DNA of 64,000 nt. It comes from Pseudogymnoascus verrucosus. Lineage: Eukaryota. The DNA lies in assembly GCA_001662655.1 (NCBI GenBank), contig KV460277.1, one strand, 5' to 3'. The notes beneath the pieces were generated by a model, which did no database searches, was not told the origin of the DNA, and was given only the letters and a program-made list of their open reading frames with translations. The translations under genes and the position numbers were made by a program. Shown in pieces: positions 1 to 12,400 of the stretch; the stretch's first letter is position 1, and every line of letters starts with the position of its first letter.

Positions 1-626
1 TGAGGTAGGGGGAACGTTTCAGTTCATGTCTACGCCTTCTATGAATTGGTGCTCTAATATCTAATTTTATTTTGGCCAGGACAAGCCAGAGCCTCAATCC
101 TGATGTGAGACCAAAAGGTGCACCGTAAAACACTCCTCATCAGGCAGGTTGAGACTAGGTAGGGCCTCACAATAGACTTGTCATATTAGATGACTGATGC
201 GGGAGGGATCTAGGATGTTCCGTCTGATGGCATGAGCAACAATTTCGATCATGAGACTGTACTACTATGGTAGGCAGCGCCCGATATCTCTCGAACCGCC
301 TTTGTTGACAGGTTGACCAAAAACACATTCCGAGTCAAGGTACAGCCATCACCGTTTATGATTGCCTTCCGTGTGACCCCCCCACCTTTGCATTTCCTGC
401 TAGGATAATATTCTGAAACGCATACGCCTTCGACATTTCAGGGCAATGCTCCGAAGGCGTCGAGTATGTTCATCACATATTACTCAGCCGCTGTGCCTGT
501 AAGCTGTACGACACAACGCTTTGTTCTTTCGAACACCATAAAGAACATCACAGACCAACTTTATTTGTGCGGCGGCCGCAACCGGATCCGATTGCTCAAT
601 ATTTTGATTTATTTGTAGCACAGGAC

Positions 627-3417
627 TCACTCCTCCCCAGCGCCATCTTCCACATTGAACCTCTTTCGTCCGCCCCCTGTCAGGTTTTGCAGGGCTACCT
701 TGTTCACCTGCTTTCCAACCTTCTTCTGCATCTTCTCGATCTCCTCCTCCGCGTCGACGGCATCCTCAGCCGCAAACTCGATTACCAACCGCCTACCCAG
801 TAAATGAGTGTCTTTCAACGCCTCGATGGCATTCTCCGCTTCGCGAGCTGTCACAAACTCCGCGAAAGCAAAACCGCGAGCCGTGTTGTCAAATTTCTTA
901 GGCACCCGAACCGACCGTAGTTGACCATAGGTCCCGAAAAGAGTCCTGATGTCTTTCTTGCTTGCCTCGAACGGCAAGTTCTTGACAATAATCTTGGTGC
1001 GCTTACCTGCCAACTTCTTGGCACGGTCTTCCTTCCTTCGCTCCTCTGCAGCATCGACGCCCCTGTGGGACGCCTTAATTGTGAGATTGTGACCATCAAG
1101 GCTATGACCATCCATAACCTTGAGGGCGGCGGCGGCCTGTGCTTTACTCCTGAACTCTAAAAATCCGAAACCCATGCTCAGCACTTGACCAGGTTTTTTC
1201 GGATCTGTCTTAGTGTTGACCCGTGCAGACATAAACCCATCTAGGGGTTTAAATGTCTCCGTCAGGCGATCAGAAGTGGTGTTGAAGCTAAGATTGCGAA
1301 CGAAAAGAGTGCTTGTGTCCGCACCAGTTTGGGCACTCTCCGGTCCCAGCAGATCGGATACCGAGAGCTTGGCATCGATCGATGTGCTTTTGGCATCGTT
1401 GGTTACATTCTTAATTTCAACATTTGCAGGCTGAGTGAACAGGTCTTTCGGTGCCTTCTCCAGGTAAATTACAGAGTCTTTCATACGACGGTACGCAAGA
1501 CTTGCAAACGCCGCCCTGGCTTGAGGGGCCTGAGCAAACTCGACAATGGCAATTGTCCCCGAAGGTGGCATCAGTACACGGATTACTGAACCAAACTCCT
1601 CGAACATCTTCCTTATTTCATCAATTGATGTGCCGTATGTGAAGTTTTTCACCAGAATTGTGGTATCGCCTCTCTCGCGCTTCTTGAATGCGTCCAGGTC
1701 GACGTTATTATTGGAAAAATAAGCCTTCGTTTCTTGAATAACCGATGTCTCCGCAATAGCTTGCTTGACACCTGCATCTGCCGAGGTAGGATCAAGAAGC
1801 TCTGACTTTGAGACACCAAGACGATCGGCGATCGAGGAGTTGACTGCATCCTGGTTCATGTACAGAGAATTCCAGTTGAAGGCGCTAGAGGTAGCCTCGG
1901 CTTTCTTCTTGATTAACCTTTGCTTCTTGAGGGGAAGTTTGGCGATCTCGAATTCATCAAGCTTCTTGTCTCTTTTCGCCGCTGCAGGCAGAATATGCAG
2001 CAGGCGGCCTTGAAACGGTTCCCCGTCAACATTGTGAAACGCCTCTGCCGCTGCAGCATGATCTTCATACTGCACAAGAACGAAGCCCTTACTGGCCCCC
2101 GAGGCGTCCAGTGGGAGATGGATCTGCAGCTGGAGATTAGCTACTGCATCTTGATATATATTTAAAATAAAATACGTTTGGATAAAAGCTTTTCAGAAAA
2201 CACGGAGCATCTACTAAAATTTCCGACCAGTTGACATCACTTGCGTGTAGCATAAGCTGTCCCTATCTGGATATTCATCATGAAAGCGAAGAATGTAAAA
2301 ATAAAATGAAAAATTTGGGATACATACCTCTTCAAGCGCGCCATATTTCTCAAAATGAACTCGGAGTTCATCCTCAGTGGCTGTATACGGAAGATTTCGC
2401 ACGAACAATCTACCGTTTTCTCGAATTGCGTCCATAGTAGCATCAGTTGAGCTTCCCACTTCCGGCACAACAGCGATGCTGTCGCTGATAGGCTTATCAG
2501 CGTCTTCCATCGCGACATCTTCAGTAGATGCAGAAGGTTCCGCTGTTTCTGTGGCCTGAACAGCCTTAGAAACAGTAGGGACGCCTTCGTCAACTACCAT
2601 ATCCTCAGGTTTGACTAGGTCCAACAGCCGACTCGTCCGAGACCGAAGCCAATCATCATCAGTGGCATCGAGTCCAACACTGGGCTGCATTTCAGCAGCG
2701 CCAATAGCTGGTATCTCATCTGCCAACTCGGTGGCATCAACCACTTCTGCCACGGGAGCGACAGCAAGTGGGGCAGCCACTTTAGCAGGACTCGGCTCGC
2801 GTGATGCGTTCCGGGCTTTCTTCGGGACGATCTCGTACTCCTCGTCACTCTCCTCCTCAGGCAGTTCGATGGCCTGCATCTTCGTCGGCGGCTCCTCGAT
2901 ACCATCCTTTGAAGTCCACGCTTTTGATTTCGAGCCCGGCTGCATGACCTCGAGGAACTCTTGGAGCTTCGGGTCGGCAGCATCGGCTTCTGCCCGCTTC
3001 CGTTTCAGGGAGGGGATGTCGGCGATGGCAGCCGCTTTTGCAGCAGCGCGCTCTTGTCGCTCCTGCTGGGCCTGTCTCTCGGTCTCTCTCTGTACCTTCC
3101 TTGACGGGGGTAGAGTTGTGTCAGAGATCTGTTATGAAAAATATCAGTAAAAAAATTCTCTTAAGCGGGGACTTTAAGTGAAGACGTACAGCTCTTGCCA
3201 TCTCGACACCGATTTTGGACATGCGAATGAAGGACTTGTTAAAGTACTTCACGGCCTTCTGGGCATCCTCGGGCGTCTTGTACCCGACATATCCAATGCG
3301 CCGATGTGGGATCAGCTTCGCATCTGTGATGGCCTGCTTGGAGGAGAAGTGCTTCCTGAACTCCTCCTCCGAGATCGTGGGCGGCAAACCCTTGATGAAG
3401 ATCCTCGAAGACTCCAT
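627..3417 (-). CDS. MRD1: Multiple RNA-binding domain protein 1 (pre-rRNA processing, five RRMs)
   Basis: N-terminal RRM (SRIFIKGLPP..RRIGYVGYKT) plus further RRMs (RLFVRNLPY, TILVKNF, TLFVRNLSF, KIIVKNLPFEA). GT-AG introns at 3129-3189 and 2124-2327 join ORFs 3121..3417, 2214..2945 and 627..2075. Confidence 0.95.
2188..2287 (-). ncRNA. Intronic box C/D snoRNA, snR64-like (predicted guide for LSU rRNA Cm2337, yeast numbering)
   Basis: On the minus strand: box C ATGATGA (2281-2275), guide AGATAGGGACAG (2268-2257) antisense to conserved LSU CTGTCCCTATCT, D' CTTA, C' GTGATGT, box D CTGA (2196-2193), terminal stem GCTTT/AAAGC. Lies inside MRD1 intron 2. Confidence 0.88.
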
Positions 3418-3801
3418 CTCTGCAAGTAAAACAAGAACACCCAGCTATTATAATAAAGAAAAAGAAGAACGTCGTAAAGTCATAGTATTTAGAAAAACAT
3501 TTTGGAGGTATAAGTTGCGTAGTGAAAAAAAGAAGAGGAGGAGGAGAACCAAACAAAAAAGTAGTAGCAGAGCAAAATCACACTAAAATCTCCAATCCCA
3601 CCAACGGAAAATGCCACCACAAGGCTCCACACCACGCCATGAAACGCTAGTCGGGATCGGGAGGCGGTGGGCACGAGCCAAGCGACAGAGCAACACCTCC
3701 GTTGGCTGTGCGGTCACGGAAGTGGGTGATGAAAGTCTTGGGTCCGTTTTACCACTTATAATACCTGCCTGTGAGCGCTGCCCGCAATCAAAATACATCC
3801 G

Positions 3802-3816
3802 CTCATCGCTCATCGC
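3802..3816. promoter_or_regulatory. Two overlapping PAC-like motifs (CTCATCGC = GCGATGAG on minus) in the MRD1/dynein light chain divergent promoter
   Basis: Sequence CTCATCGCTCATCGC lies about 390 bp upstream of MRD1, a ribosome-biogenesis gene. Confidence 0.4.
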
Positions 3817-4130
3817 TCCTGATAGATCGTATCTGCTCTTCTTAGCTTTCTCCATACTCCGAAACTCTCCCCCCCGGCGTCATCAAAAGCTTCAACTTAT
3901 ATACTCCTTCGACCCCCAAGGTATATATAACCCCCCTCTTTTGGACCCCGACGCGAAAACGCGACAGCTTGCTTAAGCTACTACTATAGTACCTATCAAA
4001 CTACTGCTACTACGGTGCCTTATCCATTCGTACACCACGTCGAACCCCACATCTTCGCGACCACGCACCACCACAACCCGCACCATCACGAGCCGAGACC
4101 CCAGAGTCTCCCCGCGACGGATTGCCCAAG

Positions 4131-4736
4131 ATGCCCGGCCAGAATGAGAAGGAGGCCGTCCCCTCGAAGGACCAGGTCGATGGTACGTCGTCGTCGGCTT
4201 TGTCCCCAGCCTCGGCCCTCCTCCCATCGCCCGCGCGCGTCGCCCCGATGGGAGAAAGGTACCCGAGAGACGAAACGCGCAAGCACTAACCTCCCCGCGT
4301 AGCCCAGGTCAAGTCCGCCGACATGAGCGACGAGATGCAGCAAGAAGCCATCGAGATCGGTGCGTTCCCCCCAGCGATGGCACTCTAGATCGATCCTACG
4401 ACGCCATCGCAGCCCCAGCCGAACCCCCCCCACTGACACATGCGCAGCACAAGAGGCGATGCTCAAGTTCAACATCGAGAAGGACATTGCGCAGCACATC
4501 AAGAAGACGTTTGACGACCGCAAGGGCCCGACGTGGCACTGTATCGTCGGCCGGAACTTTGGCAGCTTCGTTACTCACGGTTCGTATTTCCCCTTTCCTG
4601 TTGCTTTGCGTTGCTCTTCAATTTCACGTGCAAGAGGAAAGACAGAAGCTGACATGACGGGCAACGCGCAGAGACAAAGCACTTCATCTACTTCTACCTC
4701 GGCCACTGCGCCATCCTCCTCTTCAAGACGCAATAG
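4131..4736 (+). CDS. DYN2: Dynein light chain LC8
   Basis: Spliced product ..[84 protein letters not shown]. Introns at 4183-4302, 4360-4447 and 4580-4671. Confidence 0.95.
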
Positions 4737-5659
4737 AAGCCTCTGCCATGCTAAAGGTTCGATTCCCATACCCGGTGGGATAAGCCTCGGCGGGTGTCGA
4801 AAACTTGGGAGAGGAACGGGGAACCAGCGCGGGGCGGATACATTTTTGCCATTTCGCGCTGGCGAGATTGGGTATAGGGAGTCGTAGCCGTTTTGTTTTT
4901 TAACGCATGGGGCACAATTGCAGATGATTGAGAGGAGGTTTATGAGTTTTTTCAAGGGGGGAAAAGTAGAGCATACGACGAGCTGTTTAGGCTTCTGTTC
5001 GTAGAGTAGGTTAGTTATGTGGGTGTGTTTACACCAGTTTACCACGTGAGAGAGATAATGCATTCACTTTGATGGTTCTTTATATTGTCTCTTAAGGACT
5101 GCGTTTGACAGGAGTGACACTGTATGCATCGTAAGATTTAGAATCTGTGATTGTCATTTTCTGGCCATGATTTCTTATTCCCTGGCACGCGATAACTCGG
5201 CTGACTGGATTCGCTGACTACTCTCTTAATTACGAGAGTCGGGCAAAAGAAGCCGACAACGAAGAGCTGCACTTCGTAGTTACCCCCCTTCCCCTCGCTG
5301 TGGCTGAGACTTTCAAGGAGGATGATGCCAACATGGTGACTGACTGCACAGATGTCTTCGGATAGTTGCTCTCTGTCACCCCCGCAAAAAATAATGCCTC
5401 AGCTTCAATATAATTCTTTTATATTCCCTCTAGCCCATATCTACGAAACAAATTGTCTGTAGCTAAGAACGGAGCTATACTTGTTTTGAAACTCCCCATG
5501 GTATAATCTATTCCCCTTCGCTTTCAAAAGACCATAAATTCGCTTCAAGCGTCTCAAACGCATCAATGCCATGCCATGCCATCCTTCCCCATCTCCCTCA
5601 TCGATTCATATGGACAGCTCAACTCATCCATCACCCGCCATCCCGTGCTAACCCACCCT

Positions 5660-8049
5660 TCATCGATCCTCCGACCTATCCCTCGCCGACTCAATAATCT
5701 CCCTCTTCATCTGCGCCACACGATCATGCAAATCCATCAACTTCCGATGCTCATTGAGCAACCGACTCGGATCAGCCTGCAGCTCCTGGTACAATTTGAG
5801 GTAGCGATCGTACACGGTCTGGAACCTAGCGCTAGCATCCATGCAGTGGGTCGGGACATGTCGGAACTGGTTCCTGTTGTAGATGCTCTTCATCTCGGCA
5901 TCGGTGGCGCCGTTGCGGCCAGAGGGGCGCTTTTTCTTGGCGGGTTCGTCGAACTCGGAGTCGACTGCGCGGCGCTTGATGCTGTCCGTGGAGCTGCTCG
6001 AGGGTGAGATGGAGGTGGATTGGTCGAGATCTTCCATGTCGGACGCGTTGGTGGGTGGTGATGAAGCCAGTGGAGATGACTTTTGAGGCGAGGTATTCAT
6101 CTTAGCACGGCTGTTGTTGATCGAGCGCTGGAGTGTCTTCACATCGTGGGTGGATTGGCTCGAATCAGACACGTGATGCTTCGAGGATGGGACTGATGAG
6201 AGACCCGATGAAGACGTCGACGGTGCCTTCTTTGCCTTCTTGGCTGTGCCATTGGTAGCCTCAACAGTATCCATAGCGTCACTCTTTCGCTTGTTTGACT
6301 TAACGTCATTTTGTTTGTCCACAGGAGTTTTCTTGGTGGGAGAGCCTTTGTTGGATGTTGAGCTTGCGTGGTTCATGTAATCGTCTGCTTCTTCCTCCGA
6401 GTCGCTAACAAACTGGGCAGACTTGAACGTAGTCTTGGACGTAGTCTTGGCCTGTTTCTTGGGTGGTGCCACCTTCTTAGGGGCTGGCTTTGCCGCGGAC
6501 GATTTGCCCGAGAGGCGCTTGTCCTGTGCCTCCCGATCTTTGGCAGCCTTGCTCTTTGTGGCAGAGTTCTGTGATGTCGAGCGAGACATACCCGCGCTCT
6601 TTGCAGGTTTTGCAGCCTTATCACCGTCCTCGCCAGCGCTCTCGCGACTCGAGTCCTCTGAGGTCTTGGGCTTCGTTTTGGCACCGAAGTTTCCGCTTAC
6701 AGCAATTTTTGCCTGGATCCTGCTCAGGCACTTTCCCGTTCCGCGCTCTGCCACAGGCAGGAGCATCTGCCATTCAGGTTCCGATGGGTTCAGGCGCAAC
6801 CTGTCATAGACTTGAATGGCGTTTTCAATTGCGGTTTGACGTTGCGCATCTGATTCATAGTCATGCTTCCAAACATCCAACTCCCTGAAGAACTTCCGAG
6901 TCAACTTGAACTTCCCATCCTCTTCATCGGCCACCTTCTCGATTGCATGCTTGTATTCAATTGGTGTGGCAGCAGACGTTCTCAACTTCTCCAATTCACT
7001 CATTGTTGCAGGACCAAGAGCCAGTCTGTGGATGATTGGGCCTCTAATCGCTTTGGTCTTCTCGGCTTGCTGTTGCGACGCAGGAATTGACGTAGCGCCC
7101 AGTGAAGGCGACGAGATGGCGTTCAAAGCTGGACTTGTAGGTAAGGAGGACCTCATATTGGATTTTCCAAGCGCTCTCTTGGATGCGAAGCTATTTGAGC
7201 TTCCGACCTTCAGTGGAGCGGCTGAACCACGCTTTTGAACGGGGGGTGGAAGGGCGGAGCTGTCCTTGACAAGTTGAGTCCTGAAGAAATGTTAATAATT
7301 CCATTGCAGAATACAATATAGGTTACAAAACTCACGTGCTGGCCGATTTCTTTGCATTCTCCATGGCCATGGTGTTTCTGAGAGTTTCGAGTGCGTCGTC
7401 AGAACCTTGGGTAGGTTCTTTTAATTTTGGGCTGGTTTTGGCAACCTTATCATTTGCCTTCTGCTTCACTGTTCTTCCTCGCGCATCAACCGTCTCAGTT
7501 CTGATATTGGTATAGTTCTTGGTCAGGGATCCCAGGTTCCATAAGCCACGAGAGGCAGATTTGCCCGGACCGCGGGGTGCTGGGTTCGCCATTGCTGAAT
7601 CGAGATTGGTCGGTGAACCTGTAGATGCTTTATGATTTTGGAAAATGTCGTATGAGAAGGGATCTTCGGTGGAAGTGAGTTGGTGAGTTTTGGATCCATA
7701 CGAAATGGACTGGAGGTTATAAAGTCAGCTTAATTCCTAATTGGGTGTGGCAGTTGTGAACAATAGCTGCAAGTTCACATTGACCCCACTTCGAAGTCAA
7801 GTTGACAATGTGGTTGCCCGCCATTGTCCTTGCCCGCTAAAATCCTCAATAGCAAGGCTGACTTACAGAATCGGGTCCCAGGGAAAATTGTATAGCCTCT
7901 CCACTCTGCACGCAATTTATCATCTCCTCAATCAAAGTATCGGTCAAGGTGAGGCCGATGAGCCCATTCGAGGCGGCGCCCGATTGTGCACCAACCTCGA
8001 GCGGCAGCCCCGACCGGGGCACCACGAGAGAAGGCATCTTGGGTGGCAT
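5660..8049 (-). CDS. Putative RNA polymerase II elongation factor ELL-like protein (C-terminal occludin/ELL-like helices)
   Basis: Exons 8049-7867, 7709-7336 and 7280-5660 with canonical GT-AG introns. Contains IIHRLALGP..ELDVWKHDY, a long K/S-rich linker and C-terminal RFQTVYDRYLKLYQEL..KLMDLHDRVAQMKREI. Confidence 0.6.
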
Positions 8050-9295
8050 TTTGTATGAGGGTGCCGACGATTTCGGGATCGGTTTTCGAGCCGTCGTAGC
8101 GTCCTGCGTTCTCGCACTGGGCAGTGGTCCTCACTCCCAAGCTGTCTGATGGTAAGGAAACTATGCTCAGTGACCATAATTTGTAGCGTGTCAAGGAATT
8201 ATGGGCAAATCCATGTCACAATGTATGCGGAAGTCGACAGCCGCTGAATAATGGGCACGGTGAGTGGACGCAAGTTTGCCAATGCAGTCGGAGGGCGGTT
8301 GTCCCTCACAAAGAGGGCGTGAATGGGTATATGAGGTTTGCCAATTCAGAGGCAGGTCGACTGCACGAGAGAGATTGTGAATGGGTTTGCGGAGGTCTGG
8401 TGGTCAACGACAATAACAACAACAGCGGGACGAGCGGGCTGCTAGCTGGATGAAGGGAAAGAGGCCGATATCGTCGGAGAGGGTCTCGGAGGGATTTTTT
8501 GGCAGGCGGGACGAGGAAGGGATCTGGAGAGTTGAGAGAAGAGGGTAGAGGGTAGAAGAGAGGGAGGCAGAGAAAGAGTCAAGGCAAGAACAGCACAAAG
8601 ACTACGACGATGGTCGACGACGACAACGCAACGAAGACTGAAGAGCAAGCAAGTTGACTTCAGTCAGCGAGAGAGGTTCCGCAGTGGAAGAAGTGGATGA
8701 GCGAAGGTGGAGTCGACCGGTTTAGTTGGTAATAAACCGTCGACTGAGAGAGTTCGTACTTCCTTAGTTCGGTCGACCTGACAAGGTAGGTACATGTAGA
8801 TATTGTAAGTGGTACACGAGGAAATGGGGGAGAATGGGTGGAGGAGGGGGGGGAGATGGGGGAGGGAATGAGCAGGGTTGTAAGTAGAGATACTTGCAAG
8901 AAGAAGTTACGGAAGGGAGGGGAGTGAGTGGGTGTGGGTAGTGTGTAGTAGTGGTAGTAGTGGAAGAAAGAGGAAAGGTACCCTGGTGGGCTGTGCCGGG
9001 GTGTTCGGGTAGGTGTAGTAGGGTAAGTTGGGGTGGGTGGGTGTTAGAGATGGTACTTGGTGTTTAGGGTAAGAATAGGCGTGTGGGTAGGTATCTTTGC
9101 TAACTTTGGTAACATCGGTGAATTGGTGACTCTGGTGGGTGGGTGTCTTTGGGGAATGTTACCATAGCAGCAGGTAAGAGGTAGAAAGAGGTAGACAAGA
9201 GAGAAGAGGCTGAGAGGCAGACAAGAAGCAAGAGGCTGAGAGGCACAGAAGCAGACAAGAAGCAGACAAGGAAGAAGGCCAGGTGGAGAAAAAAA

Positions 9296-9430
9296 AACTA
9301 GTAGTTGAGTACTGTAGTAGAGTAGAGCAGAGTAGTAGAATAGTAGAGTAGAGTAGAGTAGGGTAGAGTAGAGTAGTAGTAGAATAGTAGAGTAGTCGAA
9401 TAGTACCACTAGTATATACAAGTAGTGGTA
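9296..9430. repeat. Degenerate (AGTAG)n microsatellite within a ~6 kb low-complexity intergenic region
   Basis: tagtagagtagagcagagtagtagaatagtagagtagagtagagtagggtagagtagagtagtagtag... Confidence 0.85.
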
Positions 9431-12400
9431 GGCAGTTACAGCAGTCAAATCAGATAGAAAGTCACGACAGCAGCCAGACACCAGCTGGAAAATACATACG
9501 ACAACCAGCGACAGCGACAGCAACACCGACAACACAACGACAGAGACATGCCCATCACATCGCATCAGATGCAGCGGGAAGTACATACCAATAGTCAATA
9601 GTACTACACAGTACATATACGAACATAGTTATGGTATGTCTAGGTTGTCGTGGTGCGTGGTGCGTGGAGCAGCGTGGGCGAGGATTCGCAGCATCAGGGT
9701 GGGGTGGGTTGGGGGGGTGGTGTGCGGGATCTCTTAGCTCGTGCCCGATTGATGAGACGGTACAACCAACCGAGCCCTCCCAAACCCCAAACGGCCTAGT
9801 TTACCCCCCAATAGGGAAAGCGCGGGAAGGTAAAAAATGGAGTGACCCGAGACGCGGCGAGAGAAGCTGCGAGGGATGATGTACTGTTTACCAGAGTTTA
9901 GTACGGTTAGGATGGTTAGTGCCAGTACTAGCACTGGGAAACTGCTAGTGTCAGGTGCTCGGCCAATAGTAGGGGAGGTGGGTGAGCCAGTGGAACGGAA
10001 GGCGAGACACACACGGCGAGATTGGAGGGAGGGGAGGATGTGATGGGATGGGATGGGGATGGGAGAGGAGAGTGGTAGGTAGAATGCCATATATATAGGA
10101 TGCTTGTAGTGTTACTGCTATATGATATGGGCGGTATATGGGGATACTGGGCAGACTCGTACGCATATAGGAGACAGCACGGAGACAGCAAATAGAACAA
10201 AGGAGTATATAACTGACTGCCCATGTGCCTGAACACGCACGCAAGAAGCACCACTCCCAAAAAAAGAAAGCTTCGCCCCGTCGTCTTCCTATAGTGGCAA
10301 ATCTCCTTGCATGTACTGTACCAACTCTACTACTACTACTACTAATTACTCCTACTACAGTCACCGCCGCACTCGCCCTCAAGTAACACTCGGGCCTAAG
10401 CGGGGTCAATGTCGGTGGAAGGGAGTGGGAGTGGGAGTGGGAGCCAACCCGCCCTGTCCTCAACGACAATAAATACAGGCCGACCGACCAGCCATGCCAT
10501 GCCATGCCAATGTACAGCACATACATCATCCCATCATCCCATCATCCATCCAGCGATCCAGATCCGCATGCCCCAAAAATACCCAGTGCCCAGTCTACCA
10601 AATGCCAAAATAACCCAGTCGTTGATCTCCCCCATCACGGATTGGTCGGCACACGCATCATCTCCTTCCTTACCGTAACTAACGGCTATCTATCTCGCGC
10701 GTGTGCGGTACGGGTGTTGTCTTGTCTTGTCTTGAAACCCAGCGCGGGATGGTAGTGTGCCGGTTAGTTGGTGCCAGAGCTGCGAAGAAGGAACATCAAG
10801 CGCCCGTCTTGTTTCCACCGACCACACACCGACCGACCATCACCTTGCTCGCTCACCGACGTGACGGCAGCACCGCCCCGTACAGGTACGTGGCGAGTCA
10901 CAGGCTGTTGGGCTAGTTGGCTGGCAGTTGGGAGTGGTGAGTACAGGCAGGCGCAAGGTAAGACTGAGGGATGGATGGATGACCTGAGTAGTAGAATCGT
11001 GAGAATCTCCCCGAGGCAATTCCGAGGTTTTGAGGCTTGTGGCACCGGGCCGACCTTGTATGTACGGATAGGCAGGACAGCTTGAGAGGTGGTGGTGGTA
11101 CTCTACCGCATTTGTATTGTAGTACTGTACTTACACATACGGTTACAGCGAACTGTACAGCGGAATTTTTATAGTGCACGATACTTGTCTACGATACTCT
11201 GGCTGGTCTCCTCTGCACCGAGAAGCCACGAGCGAGCCGGCAATGGTGGTCGTTCGATAGCCCGTGTCACTCCTGCCTGGAAGGGTATATATATGCGTGT
11301 GTACGTGTGTGTGGTGGTGGTGGTAGGTACAGTAATCTAGTGCCACTAACAAAAAGCAGGAAGGTTGATAGACCAGGGACGGCGCAAATCGGAATATCGC
11401 CATGAGTGTGAGTGATGCGACTAGTTGTTTCGCCCGCTGCCACAAGAAGTGACCGGCCTGAAGAGCCGAAGTTCAAATAAATCGATCTCTCAATCGATCA
11501 ATTCAACCGATCCAATGTCGAAATCGCCATCTCTCCCACAACAGGAGATTGCGCGGGGGACAGGGAGAAGGAATGAAAGAGATAAGTGCGTAGTTTCATG
11601 CTGAGACGGGCCTTCGTTGCTGCTGTTTATCTGGGTAGAACTGGTAGTAGTGGTGGATGACGGAACATTCTATAAGTGTTCCCTCCCTTCCCTCTCTTGC
11701 CCCTCCCCAAAGCAGACCAGCAGTTTATTTAGATTATCCAGAGTCTCCCATGCTACAACCTCGACGATGGCTGGTGAGAGGCACGAAGGGTTCCGGCTTG
11801 GAAAAAGCCGTACGGTACGGAGTAGTACAGAAATGTACAGTACAGACAGTGCCTTCATATTTTTTCTCTACATACAGACAGGATATCCACACACACCTCG
11901 GCTGCTGCGGTTTCTCCGCCTGACACTGCAGGGCTTCGAAAGGAAGTGGAAGCAGGCGGACTTGAGACATACGTGCGTCCATCTTACATATACATACGGC
12001 ATCCCCTTTGTTGAGAAGCCGCGTAGAGGATGTAAGTAATCCCACAGAGGCCAAAAAAAAAACATATGCATCATCCTTCAACGAACCGTTCCTCCCACCC
12101 ATCACCGCCCATCATCACCAACCCCTCCCCTCCCCTCCCATCCCGCCTCAAGCGCAACCACTCACTCCCCCATCCCAGCCCCCACTGCCACGAGTCCAAT
12201 CCATCCCCCCCGCCGCGGCTCGCACGCCCAAGTTTCCCGAAACAAGGTACGCCCATGCGAGCTAATATATCAAAACGGATAAGTGCACACGAGCGAAGCG
12301 GGAAGCAACAACCGCATCGCATGGCATGGACGCGGGGAACCGAGAGGGTTGCCGAGGGGCGAGGAGTCTTGGTGGTTGTTTTTACTGCTTTTGGTATGTA

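Noticed and set aside
9055..9075. TTAGGG-like sequence as telomere or telomerase RNA template
   Set aside because: Single copy that does not give the ~1.5-repeat template.
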